The notes under the pieces were generated by a model. That model made no database searches. It was given only the letters and a program-made list of their open reading frames with translations, and was not told where the DNA came from. This document shows, one piece after another, positions 1-13,389 of a DNA stretch of 64,000 bases (positions are counted from its first letter, which is position 1; each line of letters opens with the position of its first letter). The position numbers and the translations under genes are program-made. Source of the stretch: Veleropilina oligotropha (lineage: Eukaryota); NCBI GenBank assembly GCA_048128005.1, contig JBEUKZ010000093.1, positions 1 to 64,000 of the forward strand, written 5' to 3'.

Positions 1-1169
1 ACGTAGGAAATGCCTGTTGGTGACGTTTAAATTGTAAAATGGGCGAAATGGAAATCGAAGGGAGATAATTGGCTAGCTATGCTGTCTGTTGTGATAGTTT
101 GTTAGTGACCTAATCGGATTTTACAAGGGTCAGTGGAAATTTCATATTGGACGAGGCCGGAGGCAGAGTTCAATATGACTTAATGTTCACTGACCCCGGT
201 AGAATCCGTATTAGATCACTAACAAACTATGTAAGGTATTTATCCTATCGACGACCTATAATATATTACGAGAACATATTCACATTGTTCGCTATTGTGC
301 GTTGTTTATTTACATCGGTTCCCAAATGTGCTGGCTGCTATTAATAGATTTCAGCCGTGATCAATGTACACTACGAAGAGACCACGCGACACCGGCGGCT
401 CCTGGCTCGCTGCCAGCCCGTCGAGTTGACGGTAAGAGAGAACGCATGCCTCTATATTATCCTCAGTTTATGTTTATGCTAATCTTTTTGCCATGATCGA
501 TTGGGTCGTCTGCTTTGCATACAAGGGAAGTAACGTTCGCGTTGACCTAATAATGAAACTTACCGACCTATAAATTAAATTGTTTAGTGGACATCAGAGT
601 TTGTATAATAATGATATTTCTAAAATTACCATTCCGGATTTAATCAGCAGAATGGTGTAATACAGTCACTATCATTCACTTACGTTCACCCAACATACTG
701 ACTTAGTCAATCATGAATGAATGATGATTATCTTACGTTAAGATATCTAGATTTCAAAGAGCTGGGCAAAATTATTTTCAATAATTATATACAGCTTCGA
801 CTGACATGATTCATTGCTCTCTTCTATGAAACTTATCAACCATTTCCCAAATTTAGAAGAATTAATAAATACTTTATTTAATATCCTAGTGCTGGAGAGT
901 TACTATCCACACAAATGTATTCAGCGGGTGATTGATTAGAGCATCGTACACACGATCGAGACTGTTAGGTTGGCATAAACAATAGCATGTACGTGTATTG
1001 CCATTTGAAAATATTCAAAAATTACACGGCACGACGGGATAAATGGTCTGGAGGTCACCAAAATAACTCTGGATGTTCCGGCAACAGATTTCTATTGAAA
1101 TTAAAGCTGCAAAGCAGTTGTGCAGGGCTCCAATTTAAAGCCTTGGTTAATGGGCTAAGCAAATCAGTT

Positions 1170-2290
1170 CCAAGTTATATCTTGCAAATTCAAGATGACC
1201 ACCAAACCAGTATAGCGTCACACAGCTGAAATGTTTACATGCATCTATTTAACACCACATCTACCTACAAATAAAATGTTAACCTTCTATCTATAATATC
1301 TTGAAAATCCAAGATGACCGCCACACCAGAAGTGCTAAGCAGCTGTAATGTTTTCAGGCTTCTATTAAACACCATATGTACCTATAAACCAAATTAGGAA
1401 CTTTCTATCTTCAAAATCTTGGAAATTCAAGATGGCCGACAAACCAGGGGCACCATCTAGTTGACATGTTTACATACACCTATTAAACACCACATCTACC
1501 TACACACCAAATTTTAACTTCCTATCGTCAATATCAAGAAATAGGTCAACTGAGGTCAAAGGTCAAGCTCGCATATGAAAGTTCACCCATGACTTCCCAT
1601 AGGTGCCAATAGTAACTATACTTGTAAGATGCACCGTTTAAAAGATATAGCCACTTTAAACAATTTCAATAATGGCGCCTTAGTCACTTCCTGTTTGTTA
1701 AACTTGTAAATATGTTACCAAACGTCTTCAAATTGCCAATTGCACTTCATATCATGACGAATTTCATAATTTGGTCAATTACAGCTAACAATGTCATCTG
1801 AGGTCACAGGTCAAGGTGCCCAATAGTAACTATAAGTGTTAGACGCACCGTTTAAAGATATAGCCATATTAAACAATTTCAATAATGGCGCCAGATACTT
1901 CCTCAAAACGAGGTTATTAGGTAAATTTTGTTTACCCAAGTTTGCAAGAGCTCTAATGGTGGTTAGCTGACTCCATTGACAAAGTTTAAAGAAAATTGTT
2001 GGAGCCGTTTCTGAGTATAAAATATCCAAGATGGCCGCCGACCTAATTAACCAATTGACCTAAATTTGCATTTGACGCAGGGGGGGGGGCACCCTATAGT
2101 ACTTATATATGAATGATTATTGCCCTATCTTGAATGGTTTTAGAGCTATTAAGGAATTAGTGACTTTTAAAAATTCACGAAAAACAAGATGGCCGCCATA
2201 CTAGCGGCGCCTTCCTAATGCCTTCTACTTAGTATCAATTTCAGCACATATGCTATCTAGATGCCAAGTTTCAGTTTTAATGCTGTAATA
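1170..2290. repeat. Composite interspersed repeat with ~119-bp internal tandem units (non-autonomous element, family uncertain)
   Basis: CAAGATGRCC...TTTACA...AACACCACATCTACCTA units recur at ~1191, 1310, 1428; block GGTGCCAATAGTAACTATA...AATAATGGCGCC duplicated at ~1600 and ~1815. Confidence 0.55.
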
Positions 2291-2325
2291 TTTTCACGCC
2301 CTCGTCCTTCCAGGGCCACCGTAGT

Positions 2326-3170
2326 TTATGTCATTATACGTGGTGCATTTGTCATTATACGTGGTGCATTTGTCATTATACGTGCAATTGTCATTATACG
2401 TGGTGCTTTTGTCATTATACGTGGTGCATTTGTCATTATACGTGGTGCATTTGTCATTATACGTGGTGCATTTGGCATTATACGTGGTGCTTTTATCATT
2501 ATACGTATTGCTTTTGGCATTATACGTGGTGCATTTGTCAATATACGTGGTGCATTTGCCATTATACGTGGTGCTTTTTCCATTATACGTGGTGCTTTTC
2601 TTATTATACGTGGTGCATTTGTCAATATACGTGGTGCATTTGCCATTATACGTGGTGCTTTTCTTATTATACGTGGTGCTTTTGTCAATATACGTGGTGC
2701 ATTTGCCATTATACGTGGTGCTTTTCTCATTATACGTGGTGCATTTGGCATTATACGTGGTGCTTTGTCATTATACGTGGTGCATTTGTCAATATACGTG
2801 GTGCTTTTGTCATTATACGTGGTGCTTTTCTCATTATACGTGGTGCATTTGTCATTATACGTGGTGCATCTGTCGTTATACGTGGTGCATTTGTCATTGT
2901 ACGTGGTGCTTTTGCCATTATACGTGGTGCTTTTGTCATTATACGTGTTGCATTTGTCATTATACGTGGTGCATTTGTCATTATACGTGGTGCTTTTATC
3001 ATTATATGTGGTGGTTTTGTCATTATACGTGGTGCATTTGTTATTATATGTGGTGCTTTTATCATTATACGTGGTGCTTTTATCATTATACGTGGTGCTT
3101 TTATCATTATACGTGGTGCTTTTATCATTATACGTGGTGCTTATGTCATTATACGTGTTGCCTTTATGAT
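2326..3170. repeat. 21-bp minisatellite (GTCATTATACGTGGTGCATTT)n
   Basis: About 40 tandem copies read directly; source of the spurious IIRGAF/SLYVVHL ORFs. Confidence 0.97.
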
Positions 3171-3357
3171 ACTTTGCGTTATGATGAAAATCGGGTGAGT
3201 TCGTAATTTCTCCGAAAATAAGCGAAGCCATTCACGTGACACGAGAAAATGTCAGCTTTTAACTGCGCGCCCTTTTTAAGTAACAATCCACATCGGTGAC
3301 TTATATCATACGAACTTGTGCAGTCGAGGTTTTCTGATTCTTGCATCGTTTGAAAAC

Positions 3358-3819
3358 ATGGCTCCTATGATGGACGAAATATTGAAAAAAATTGGACTGG
3401 AGCGTCTTGTATCAATATTCGAACAGGAGAAAATCACTCCCGATATTGTTAGCAAATTGTCGTTGAAGGACATGCATTTTTTAAATGTTCGCGAGCGAAG
3501 GGATATGATGAATCTAAGAACAGAATGTGTTCAATACGGATATTTTCAGCCGCCATGTGTCAACAAAGAATTTAAAATATCCAAATGCACACTTGAAACG
3601 CTGATGGAAGCAGGCCATACAATTTCGGGTATTAGTAAAATGTTATCCGTTTCGGAAAGCACTATTTCTCGAAATATGCGACGATACAACTTGAGAATAT
3701 ACGATTTCAATGAAATCACTGATGACAGTTTAGATTCGGTGGTCGAAGAAGTCATAAAAGAATTTCCACGCTGTGGAGAAGTGATGACCAAACAAATTTT
3801 GATCCAACGACACATCAAG
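3358..3819 (+). mobile_element. First exon of an IS3EU-like transposase remnant (SAM-like N-terminus plus HTH)
   Basis: GHTISGISKMLSVSESTISRNMRRY helix-turn-helix followed by ITDDSLDSVVEEVIKEFPRCGEVM, typical of eukaryotic IS3-like transposases; ends at AAG|GTATGT donor; no catalytic core seen downstream. Confidence 0.55.
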
Positions 3820-4331
3820 GTATGTATTGTGTATATAGAGGATCTCATATGAGTGGATCTCATATGAGTGGTATTGTAATATCACATTTATGAAACGAGT
3901 TTAAATAAGTTAAATTACTTAAACGAGTTTCATAAATGTGATATTACGCTACCACGAGTGTGATGTTCTATTTATCACATATCTGTTATTTGTACAAAAG
4001 TGAACTGAAAATTAACAACTTGGCTATTAATATTATGATATGAAACGACGTCTACATTACGGCATAGTTTAGGCTTAATGCAAAATGTCGTCAAATTCCC
4101 TAATTACATCAAATGGTGACAATGCATTCTAAAGTAGGCTACATTGTTAATAAACAACTAAACATTGTTTAGTTGTTTGTAGAAGAGCAATATAATTATT
4201 AACAAGCAATATATGCAGGCCCGTCGGAACGAAATTCATATTGGGGGGGGGGGGCTGCGAACGAAGCGGAAATTTGTTTCAGACCAGGCCCTATTGTAAA
4301 GAGGACGCTATTTAATTCATAGATACATCAG

Positions 4332-4915
4332 GGCCCCGTTTCAGAAAAAATCCTTAAGTGCGGTCGTAAGTTTTAGACTTACGACAGTCTTAAGACAATC
4401 TTAAGTTTATCCTAAGACCGTTTCACAAAGGTTGTCTTAAGTTTGTCGCAAGAATAAAAACTTACGACAAACTTAAGTTTATCGTAAGTAACTCTTCAAA
4501 CGATGTGGTTAGAAAAGACCTTAGTTACGCTGAATTGCGCATGTGTAGACGATTACTGTTAACGTACGTACGTATGGTGCATAAACTATTGGTGCACAAT
4601 AAAAACTATAGGATAGAAGACAATATCTATTCTAAAACTATTTACTTACATTTTAATCTAAAGCTGACTGCCGTCCCAAAATACATCCTTCCGACGTTTA
4701 GTTTCAAAATTTCTTAATGAATTCCAAGTGCATTGTGGGGAAAACAGGCCGAAAGTAGACTTACGCGCGCCGATACCCAGACGTAGACTTACGACCGATA
4801 TTGGTCTTAAGATTTTATTTACGATTTTTTGTGAAACGCACTTAGGATAGCGAGTTGGACTTACGACAGTCTTAAGTCTAAAACCGTTCTTAAGATTTTT
4901 TTGTGAAACGGTGCC
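4332..4915. mobile_element. Harbinger-type MITE
   Basis: TIRs GGCCCCGTTTCAGAAAAAAT / ATTTTTTTGTGAAACGGTGCC flanked by 3-bp CAG duplication (4329-4331, 4916-4918); internal CTTAAG/CTTACGAC subrepeats. Confidence 0.7.
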
Positions 4916-5479
4916 CAGTGCTGTCATTGTATGCGAGTTAATTTTTGCGTCCCATTTAGTGCACATTTCGGGTTGATACATGGACTGGTCAGTATTAATT
5001 TGCGAGGAAAGCTCGGATTAATCGGTGAAACACTCGCACCTCAGTCTGTTACGGACAACCGTGTCTGATAACCTCGCAAATGTTGTTTCCGAACGGATTC
5101 GAATCCATAACATGCAAGGGCTTTGCAAACATACCAAGTAGATGTAGCACTGTCACTAGAACCACTCGGCCGGGCGCTCCTACATGCTGATATTCAGATA
5201 CCTATTTGATGAAGATAAGTAATAAAAAGAGACTGCTTGAGATATATTTTAAATAAATCCTCAAAATCTGTCATAAAACAATGGATTTTTATATTCATTT
5301 ACAGCAATTTCTTCTAGTTTACTTTCACTCGAGTAAAGGATACTTGACTAAATCTTAGCGAATCAAAATTTATAATACAAAGGAATTGACCTCACTGAAA
5401 TGCGCAACATAACTGTCTTATTTAAATTGTTCACCTGTGACCTTTGCTTACATGCCTTTATGCGCTACATTACTTTCTC

Positions 5480-6830
5480 AAATCACTGTTGGTAAATTGT
5501 CCAAAAGTCCGCTTTCGACTATCAACTCTTTCGACAAATTCGTTTGCAACGTCAATCAGACTTATATTGCCAACTCTTTTCTTTCTGTACATGAAGCATC
5601 ATTATATGGTTCATTCTGCTGTCTGTTGTCGTAGACTTCAAGTATGTTTTTACTCGTTTATTGGCAGAGAAAGATCTCTCCCTGATAGCATTGGTTGCTA
5701 ACATTACAAGGAGAATCTTTGAAACTTTAACAACCTCCGACATTGCAACTTTTCTCGAATAGTCAAGTTTCTTAAACAACTTAACCAGATCATAGATAGT
5801 GAACTTTGCCAATTCAAATTTATAAGCCTCTGCTGTTGGAAGCAATATAGGCAGTTGTGCCTCAAGCGTATATTTGTCGATATCATCACTATAGATGGAG
5901 CAGACTTCTCTTAACTCGTTTTCCCATGTTTGATTCCTGATGGCTTTCAGGAACATCTCCTTTAGAAAGACGTATTTTCGGAAATCTGATTGGTCAAATC
6001 TTGCTTTGATATAATTATTTGCTGCATCAAGTGCCTGAAAGTAGATCTGGCGATAATGATCTTTTGCAGTTGATGGAAAGTGGTGAGTTACTGGATTGCC
6101 ATCATCAAACCTTCGTGGCAGCATCCTTTGGCGAGGTAGTGTTGCCTCATCAACATGGAGCTTCTCTTTTCTTTTCAATACTCGTCTCATAATTCCATTA
6201 GCTCGACGTAATTGTTTAAAATGAATAAAAGAGCTTCACCACGAACGGTCCACCTAGTTGGACAAAGAGCATGGATCCCTTTAGAATCGTTTTAGTTTGC
6301 TTTCTCATTTCATCCAGCTATGTGTTTCGTTTCGGGGATTTCTTAATCAGTCTGCATATTTCGTGCGCCACTTCAAAGACTCTTTTTAGACACTCAATTG
6401 ATTTGATCGAATCTCCAATGGCAAGATTTAAAAGCATGCCCGTAACAGTGGGTATGAAGGCATTACCATTGATTGCTTTAATTTGAGTTGCAACGTCAGT
6501 CTTTGCTTCTGCCATCGCTGCAGCACCGTCATATCATTGGTCGCGAGCATCATCAAGCATCAGAGTCATCCTTAGCAGGATGTCCTTAATGATGAACACT
6601 ATTTGATCTGCACAAGTGCCTTCTAAAGGATGCATTCCAATAAAATCTTCGTGAACAATAAGGTCATCATCGACCCTTTGTTCGTGATGTCAGCATTTTT
6701 ATCAGCCATTATTGTGTAATTCATGGCATTTTGAATGTTTTTTGCATTTTCTCGAAGTACTCGTAGGGCCACAATCTCGAGCATTTCATTCTGTAAATCT
6801 GCTGACGTGAATTTGGATGTTTTTTGTGGT
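5480..6830 (-). pseudogene. Degraded hAT transposase (ZMYM1-like hAT family)
   Basis: C-terminal hAT dimerisation motif ERSFSANKRVKTYLKSTTTDSRMNHIMMLH; upstream fragments with EDFIGMH and YDGAAAMA-like motifs broken by stops, frameshifts and deletions. Confidence 0.85.
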
Positions 6831-7193
6831 GGTGAAAATTAGATAAGGAACACATTTGAGCCGGTACCGACGGGCCTGATATGTAGCTGAAATGATAAAA
6901 CTTTATCTATGCTATAAAAATAAAAAGAATAAATATTATCATTTGTGATTAAAATTTAGATATGGAATCCTATGATCATCGGTGTTATTTTCGTTTACGC
7001 TTTGGATTGAGTTGGATTGAAATAATTTCTATATAAGGTAATTTGTTGGATGACGTTGCATGACCCGAGTTTTCATTGGCCGTTTTAACGTAATCTTGTA
7101 AACATCCAATCACATTTCAAGCAGGCTTTATTACACATGTGCATTACGACGAATATTATACAGTGTTGCACTATGGAAAAATGACCAAATTAT

Positions 7194-7195
<2 letters not shown>

Positions 7196-7274
<79 letters not shown>
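7196..7274. repeat. (AT)n microsatellite
   Basis: Direct reading. Confidence 0.98.
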
Positions 7275-7279
<5 letters not shown>

Positions 7280-8521
7280 TATATTCCGTATACCCCAAAC
7301 ATTATGCATGAATTCCGTGACCGCGCAAGTCCATCCACCGGCATCGTGACAGTCGTGAGGTTTGTTATTGTTGTTTTCCATATACTATAGCGTTACGGTT
7401 TTCTTCAACATCATGCCAATATTCTTCATATTTGCTAAGCACCGGAAGCGAATTATACCGTTATAATTGCGCCAAGAAACATTCCAGACACCATACCACC
7501 CCTCCGAGCCACACAATAGACGGGCCCAAAGCGAGCCCTCATCCGGGCAACCCAAAAGCGACGATGCCATTAGTTATTTTCCGCGCATAGATACTGCACG
7601 AAAAATTTTTCCTCTGTCTAAAATTATCTGTTTTAAACTCGAATTGTCGTGTTTATGTAGTCAGATTAAGACATAAGAGTCGTTCTAGCGAACGCATAGA
7701 GTAGCTGTCTTAATATACAACAATTTTCTCAACGGCGACGTAATCTTCATTCCGCAGAAATTTCGATGTTATCGTCAACCAGGAGATAGTGATACGCAAA
7801 CGGCACGTAACTTGGATCTATCCGTCCGGAAAATGGACAATGAAATCCAAAAATTCTAGGAACAAGCTGAAAAAGCAGATACGAGGATCGTTGAAATCGA
7901 AAGTGAAGTAAGCAGAATTATGGATTTCTGAAGTGATGTTTGAAGAGTGTAAATCCAAAGCAATATGGGAGAGAAAGAAATCTTGGTTGGAAAACTTGCC
8001 CCGACAGGAGTACGAATCGGCAGATGACGATATTCTGGATCAGAATACTGAACTGTCGATTCCAAATACGCCAACGAAGACGTACGCACAAGCCATACGA
8101 GATCCAAAACCACAACCACAAACGCCTAGTTCAGAGTACGTAACCAACGACGAATGGGAATACGTTTGACACCGCCAACACAACAACAGGAATAACGCTA
8201 ATAGAAGAATCCCGCACAACAATCATCAACGTACACGAAACGATAATTTTTTAGGAAGAGGCAACACCCAACATCAAAGACGAAATCGACACGAACGCAA
8301 TTGGGACAGAAACAGGGACGACTATCGAAACATGCAACAACGCCAGTACGAGGATCTCCCGCAACCAAGGAACCCAGATTTGTCCGATCAGAAAACGTAC
8401 CACACACGCCGATACGACCTGAGGATACGTCCAGAACGAATTCGTCAACAGCAGATGCGCAACCAGTGGACCCAAGATAATCGATCTATCGTCGTACGAA
8501 CTTGATGCCAATGAACTGTGT

Positions 8522-10720
8522 TTGTTAAGTAACGGGCTAATGTTTGCTCCTACTCCAGATACAAATGATGAACTTCAACTTAAAAATGATGTTAATATGT
8601 TCACACGTAAACTTAGACTTAAGGAATTTTTGGGCAATGATGTAAATATCGATGAATCTATTGTCCGAAACAAAAGCACATGGACCCCCAACAAAGGTAG
8701 GGATACACATTTAGATTCATATATAGACTTTTTAAATAAAGCCCCAACTGATAAAGTTAAAGCTAATACTAAGTCTAATTTAAACAGACCGGAAAAGTTA
8801 GGACTTAAAACTTTCCAGCAGAATAAAAATATCATTATAAAAGAAGCAGATAAAGGTTCAACCATTGTCATTCTAAACAAACAATATTATGAAACTAAAA
8901 TGTTAGACATGGTCGAAGACACCACTCAATACTATAAAATTAATGAAAATAATGACAAGACGGTTATCAACAAAATAAAGAAACTTACACAAACCTCAGG
9001 GACAAATCTCACGAAAACAGAAAAGGAATATTTGACCAACTTTGATTGTAAATCTAGCCAATTTTATGGTCTTCCCAAAATACATAAATCGAAGGAAATT
9101 AAAGAATCGATTGCATCACAAAATTCCGAAATCATAAAAATGGAAGACCCAACAGACTTGAAATTCAGACCTATCATAGCCGGTCCCGTTTGTCCCACGT
9201 ATAGACTAAGCAATTTAACCGATATTTTACTGAAACCATATGTCCAACATGTCAAATCATTCATTAAAGATGATATCGACTTTTTAAATCATCTACCCGA
9301 AACTATTGGTAATACAGAAACTTTTGCGACTTTTGATGTGTCAAGCCTCTATTGCTCAATACCTCACAAACTTGGCATAGAAGCCATTCAATATTGGTTA
9401 AATAAATTTCCCAACTTAAATGCAGACAGATTTAACGATGAATTCATTCTAAAATCAATACAAATAATTTTAGAAAACAACGACTTTCAATTCGGCAACC
9501 TAAATTTCACTCAACTACTTGGAACTGCCATGGGAACTAAATTTGCACCCAATTATGCTACTCTTGTCTTAGCGAATCTGGAAGAAAAAATGTACAACAA
9601 AGCAGAACAATTAATTAGCAAATCATTTAGAAATTATTTAGAAGATGCGTTCAAACGTTACCTGGATGACTGTTTTATCATTTGGAATGAGATATACGGC
9701 AACATAAATATTCTTCACGATCTTCTGAATAGTTTACACGATCAAATTAAATTCACCATGGAAACAAATAAAGATGAAATCCCATTTTTAGATGTGTTTA
9801 TCAAACGCAATGGACCCACGATTATAACGGATATATTTTTCAAGAAAACAGATTCTAAACATTATGTGTCTTTTAATTCATGTCATCCTAGAGCCACTAA
9901 GCTAAATATACCATATAACTTAGCTCGCAGAATTTGCATTATTGTAACGGACAAACACCTTCGTAAACAAACACTACACGAGTTAAAACAGACACTTAAA
10001 CTCAGAAAATATCCAGAATCCATAATCAATTTGGGAATTGAAAAAGCTCAAAAAATTAATGTTCAAACATTACGTACTACGAAAGCAAAAGTAAATGAAG
10101 ACACAATTCCTTTTATTAATACGTTTAATCCACATAATGCACATTTCTTTAAAACAATACAGCAAAGCAAAGAATTGCTACTCTCCACACCGCATCTCAA
10201 CCCTATTTTAAAAAACAGTAAGATAATTAACAGCAAACGCCAACCGCCTAATTTAAAAAAACTGCCAACAAGAGCTAAATTTACACAGAACAATGGCTTT
10301 GACCAACCAGGAAGTGTAAATAAGTGCGGAGATAAATGTTGTAAATGCTGCACCAACCTAACAGAAGGTTCATCTTTGACACTCTCGTCTCCACCAAACA
10401 GATTCACAACTAAAAACACATTTGATTGTAATTCTACAAATTTTATTTATGTCCTGACCTGCAATGGTCCTGCCTGTAATAAATTTTATATTGGTCAAAG
10501 TGGAGATACACTTAGAAATAGAACTCGTGTCCATAGACAACATATATTAAACCCTCATATCATGAATCTCAAAGTGTCCACTCACATACCCAAATGTGCC
10601 GCATCAAACGGCAGCCCATTTTCGATATTTCCCTTTTTCAAATTGTATGGAAATAGATCCGACAGGCTAAGGTGGGAGGATCACTTCATTACAAAATTTA
10701 ATCCTCCACTCAATCAGTAA
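8522..10720 (+). CDS. Penelope reverse transcriptase / GIY-YIG endonuclease (frame opens slightly upstream)
   Basis: ADKG, YGLPKIHK, RPII, FDVSSLY, GTAMGT, RYLDD, IPFLD RT motifs; Cys-rich linker CGDKCCKCC; FIYVLTC...YIGQS..LRNR..H GIY-YIG domain. Confidence 0.93.
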   Translation: MLSNGLMFAPTPDTNDELQLKNDVNMFTRKLRLKEFLGNDVNIDESIVRNKSTWTPNKGRDTHLDSYIDFLNKAPTDKVKANTKSNLNRPEKLGLKTFQQNKNIIIKEADKGSTIVILNKQYYETKMLDMVEDTTQYYKINENNDKTVINKIKKLTQTSGTNLTKTEKEYLTNFDCKSSQFYGLPKIHKSKEIKESIASQNSEIIKMEDPTDLKFRPIIAGPVCPTYRLSNLTDILLKPYVQHVKSFIKDDIDFLNHLPETIGNTETFATFDVSSLYCSIPHKLGIEAIQYWLNKFPNLNADRFNDEFILKSIQIILENNDFQFGNLNFTQLLGTAMGTKFAPNYATLVLANLEEKMYNKAEQLISKSFRNYLEDAFKRYLDDCFIIWNEIYGNINILHDLLNSLHDQIKFTMETNKDEIPFLDVFIKRNGPTIITDIFFKKTDSKHYVSFNSCHPRATKLNIPYNLARRICIIVTDKHLRKQTLHELKQTLKLRKYPESIINLGIEKAQKINVQTLRTTKAKVNEDTIPFINTFNPHNAHFFKTIQQSKELLLSTPHLNPILKNSKIINSKRQPPNLKKLPTRAKFTQNNGFDQPGSVNKCGDKCCKCCTNLTEGSSLTLSSPPNRFTTKNTFDCNSTNFIYVLTCNGPACNKFYIGQSGDTLRNRTRVHRQHILNPHIMNLKVSTHIPKCAASNGSPFSIFPFFKLYGNRSDRLRWEDHFITKFNPPLNQ

Positions 10721-10947
10721 CACTTTGTGCCATATATCCTCTTCATATCTGTCTTAGCATGTGAAACAATAATTTTACGAGCCAATTAGCCAATTAAGGA
10801 AATTGTATAATTACATGTCATGTTTGTCAGGAAGAAAACTGTTAACCAATTATATTTAATTAATTTGTGCACAGCTTCGTTTTTAATCCTGTTATCATCT
10901 ATTCATGTAAACTGTATATATAGTCTGCGAAAATGTTTATTATGTAT

Positions 10948-10992
10948 ATATGCCTGATGAGTGACAAAGAGTCACGAAACTAGTTGCTACAT
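10948..10992 (+). ncRNA. Minimal type I hammerhead ribozyme motif
   Basis: CTGATGA (10954) + stem II GTGAC-AAAGA-GTCAC + GAAA + palindromic AACTAGTT; stem I weak. Confidence 0.7.
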
Positions 10993-11045
10993 AAAAAGAA
11001 CATTCAAAGGACTATATTTTAAGTTTTCTTGTATTATATATATGT

Positions 11046-11225
11046 AGGTTAGATCATGCTAAAGAGTGTATATGTTGGATAGACACAGTTTTTCATCGTT
11101 GATTAAGTGTGAAATCGGACCATTGTTCGAGTGCGAAGCACGAGTGCAATGATCCGATTTCACACTTAATCAACGGTGGAAAACTGTGTCTAGCCAACAT
11201 ATTCACGAGTTACATGGTCTAACCG
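11046..11225. repeat. Fold-back (hairpin) element
   Basis: Arms GTTGATTAAGTGTGAAATCGGA / TCCGATTTCACACTTAATCAAC around centre CGAGTGCGAAGCACGAG. Confidence 0.8.
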
Positions 11226-11407
11226 ATTTAGGCGATACAGTAGAACAATAATTTATATTAGGTATTTTTTCATGTAAGAGACGAAAACGATGTAGGACTT
11301 TTCCAAATTTAGAGATTTGACTGTGAGTTGTTGGATTTAGACTTCCAAGATGATGTTACTTCTCCGAAGAATGCAGTGAAGTCCACCCATTATTTGCAGG
11401 TATGTAT

Positions 11408-11557
11408 AGGTTACTAACCGAGTTGGAGGTATTCATCGATTTGAAAGACCTGCGCCCGTGCGGATCGTGACACCGAGACCGCGGAGCGGTCGAGGTGTTA
11501 CAGCACGGAAGCAGGTCTTTCAAATCGATGAATACCGACTAACGAGGTTTGTAACCG
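11408..11557. repeat. Fold-back (hairpin) element
   Basis: Arms GGTATTCATCGATTTGAAAGACCTGC / GCAGGTCTTTCAAATCGATGAATACC around centre CGAGACCGCGGAGCGGTCGAG. Confidence 0.8.
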
Positions 11558-12471
11558 ACTTACACAACGGCCAATTATAGCTCCTTTGTTGTCAATTTAG
11601 CTTGTGATCAGCTTTAGCCGTCTTGCACGGACGCAGGTCGGTATAGAGTGAAAAGTAGGTTGGTATGGCTATACCACCCTACTTTTGAATCGTCATTGAA
11701 AACAAGGTGTTCACGCTGAATACCAACCTCTTCAAAACAAAAGAGCCGTTGTGTAAAGGTATGATATTTGTTACGATTTACTGTTTTTCACAGGGGCAGA
11801 TGCAGGATTTGGAGAATGTGAGTGTCCAACTTTTATGAATTATACTATCAGCTGTGAAAAAAGTTGACAATTAACGGTGCGAAACCCTCTCCTACATTCT
11901 GACAGTGTAAAACGCGATAATTTTGACCATCAAATTTGTGATTGGTAAAAAAGTGGATGACTGGATGTATGGAACGCACCCGTTTGATTAAAATTATATC
12001 CGCCCATGTATTCATGTCATGCTCTGCGAATTTTCATTTAAATGTGTAAATACAATATAAAGTGATCATGAATTGTATCATCCTTTTGCTTGATATAATA
12101 TACAATTTTAGCCTCAAATATTCTTAAAATATACTGTAAATAAGCATTTTAAACTGGTCAAATGGAGACCTGGGCCTCAAGATTATAAAGACTCTTATGA
12201 AACTCAGCTCAGACTCTGCAATGATCAAGAGTGTTGATTTGAGTACGAAACAGTCACCAGAGTATGAGATCGTACTCAGCAGACCACTATCATCTTTGAC
12301 CCTGACCACTTCAGCCGCCTGTTGAAAATTATCACATTTCATTGTTCAGGTTTGGCTAATAAACGACGCGTGAACATCAGCCCATTGTTTTCATATACCA
12401 CGCTAAAAGTGAATATCAAAGATAGACACAGTTTTGTAACAAAAGAATCTCCATGAAGTATCGTCTAAATA

Positions 12472-12592
<121 letters not shown>

Positions 12593-13389
12593 GCGTGCGT
12601 GTGCGTGTGTGTGTGTTTCTGTGTTTTGTGTAAATACAGACAATCACACTAATCTCATGTCTTTGTCTATTCAGCGTGCGCAATGTCAGAGCCTCCAGAC
12701 AAGACTAATCATATCGACTTCGGTGAATTTGAGTTAACTTCCATTTTGATGTCCTCGACGGAAGACACCAATGATGACGTAAGCTTTGGGGAATACTGTC
12801 ATAATAACGTGAAGGTGGAGAGTATGTAGGATGTGGGTACGTGGCTTATTCTAACGCTGGGGTGTGAAGACTTAAAAACCCATATTATGTCCTTCGATTG
12901 GAGACGATAAACCGAGGTCCCGACTACAGTTACGACATGTGAAATGCCATTGACGTCGCAGGGTAGATTGATCGGTACAGCGTTGCCATAATACTTTACT
13001 ATATCATTACGTGTACATATTTTGTCATGAATTATAATACTTACCTCTCTTCTGTCACAAGTTATTATCTGTCAGCATTGCGTAGCGACGAGGCGTTGTG
13101 TCGATTGGTTATGACTCCGGACCACACAGCCAATGAGCGAGTTCGGTACCCGGGTGCAACAAGACCGCTGATGTTTAGATTGGCATCACCTACATAAGTG
13201 GCGCCTATGCAGCCCTGACTGTCCTTGAATGCATATGCCCTATATATGTCGGTCAGATGTGAGCGAGGCCTTAAACCAGCTTCCCCGACTGCGATAAGGC
13301 TGAAAACAAATGACCAAATCGTGGAGTAGAAGACAGTTACCAACCAACCAACTACAGCAAAACCCAGGCTATCAAACCATTATGTCACC

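Larger units (their letters stand above)
7280..11040 (+). mobile_element. Penelope-like retroelement (Neptune-like); boundaries approximate
   Basis: Long RT plus GIY-YIG ORF, degenerate 5' coding region, 3' hammerhead motif, AT-repeat flanks. Confidence 0.8.

Noticed and set aside
2261..3231. Several ~300-aa ORFs on both strands
   Set aside because: Translation of the stop-free 21-bp minisatellite
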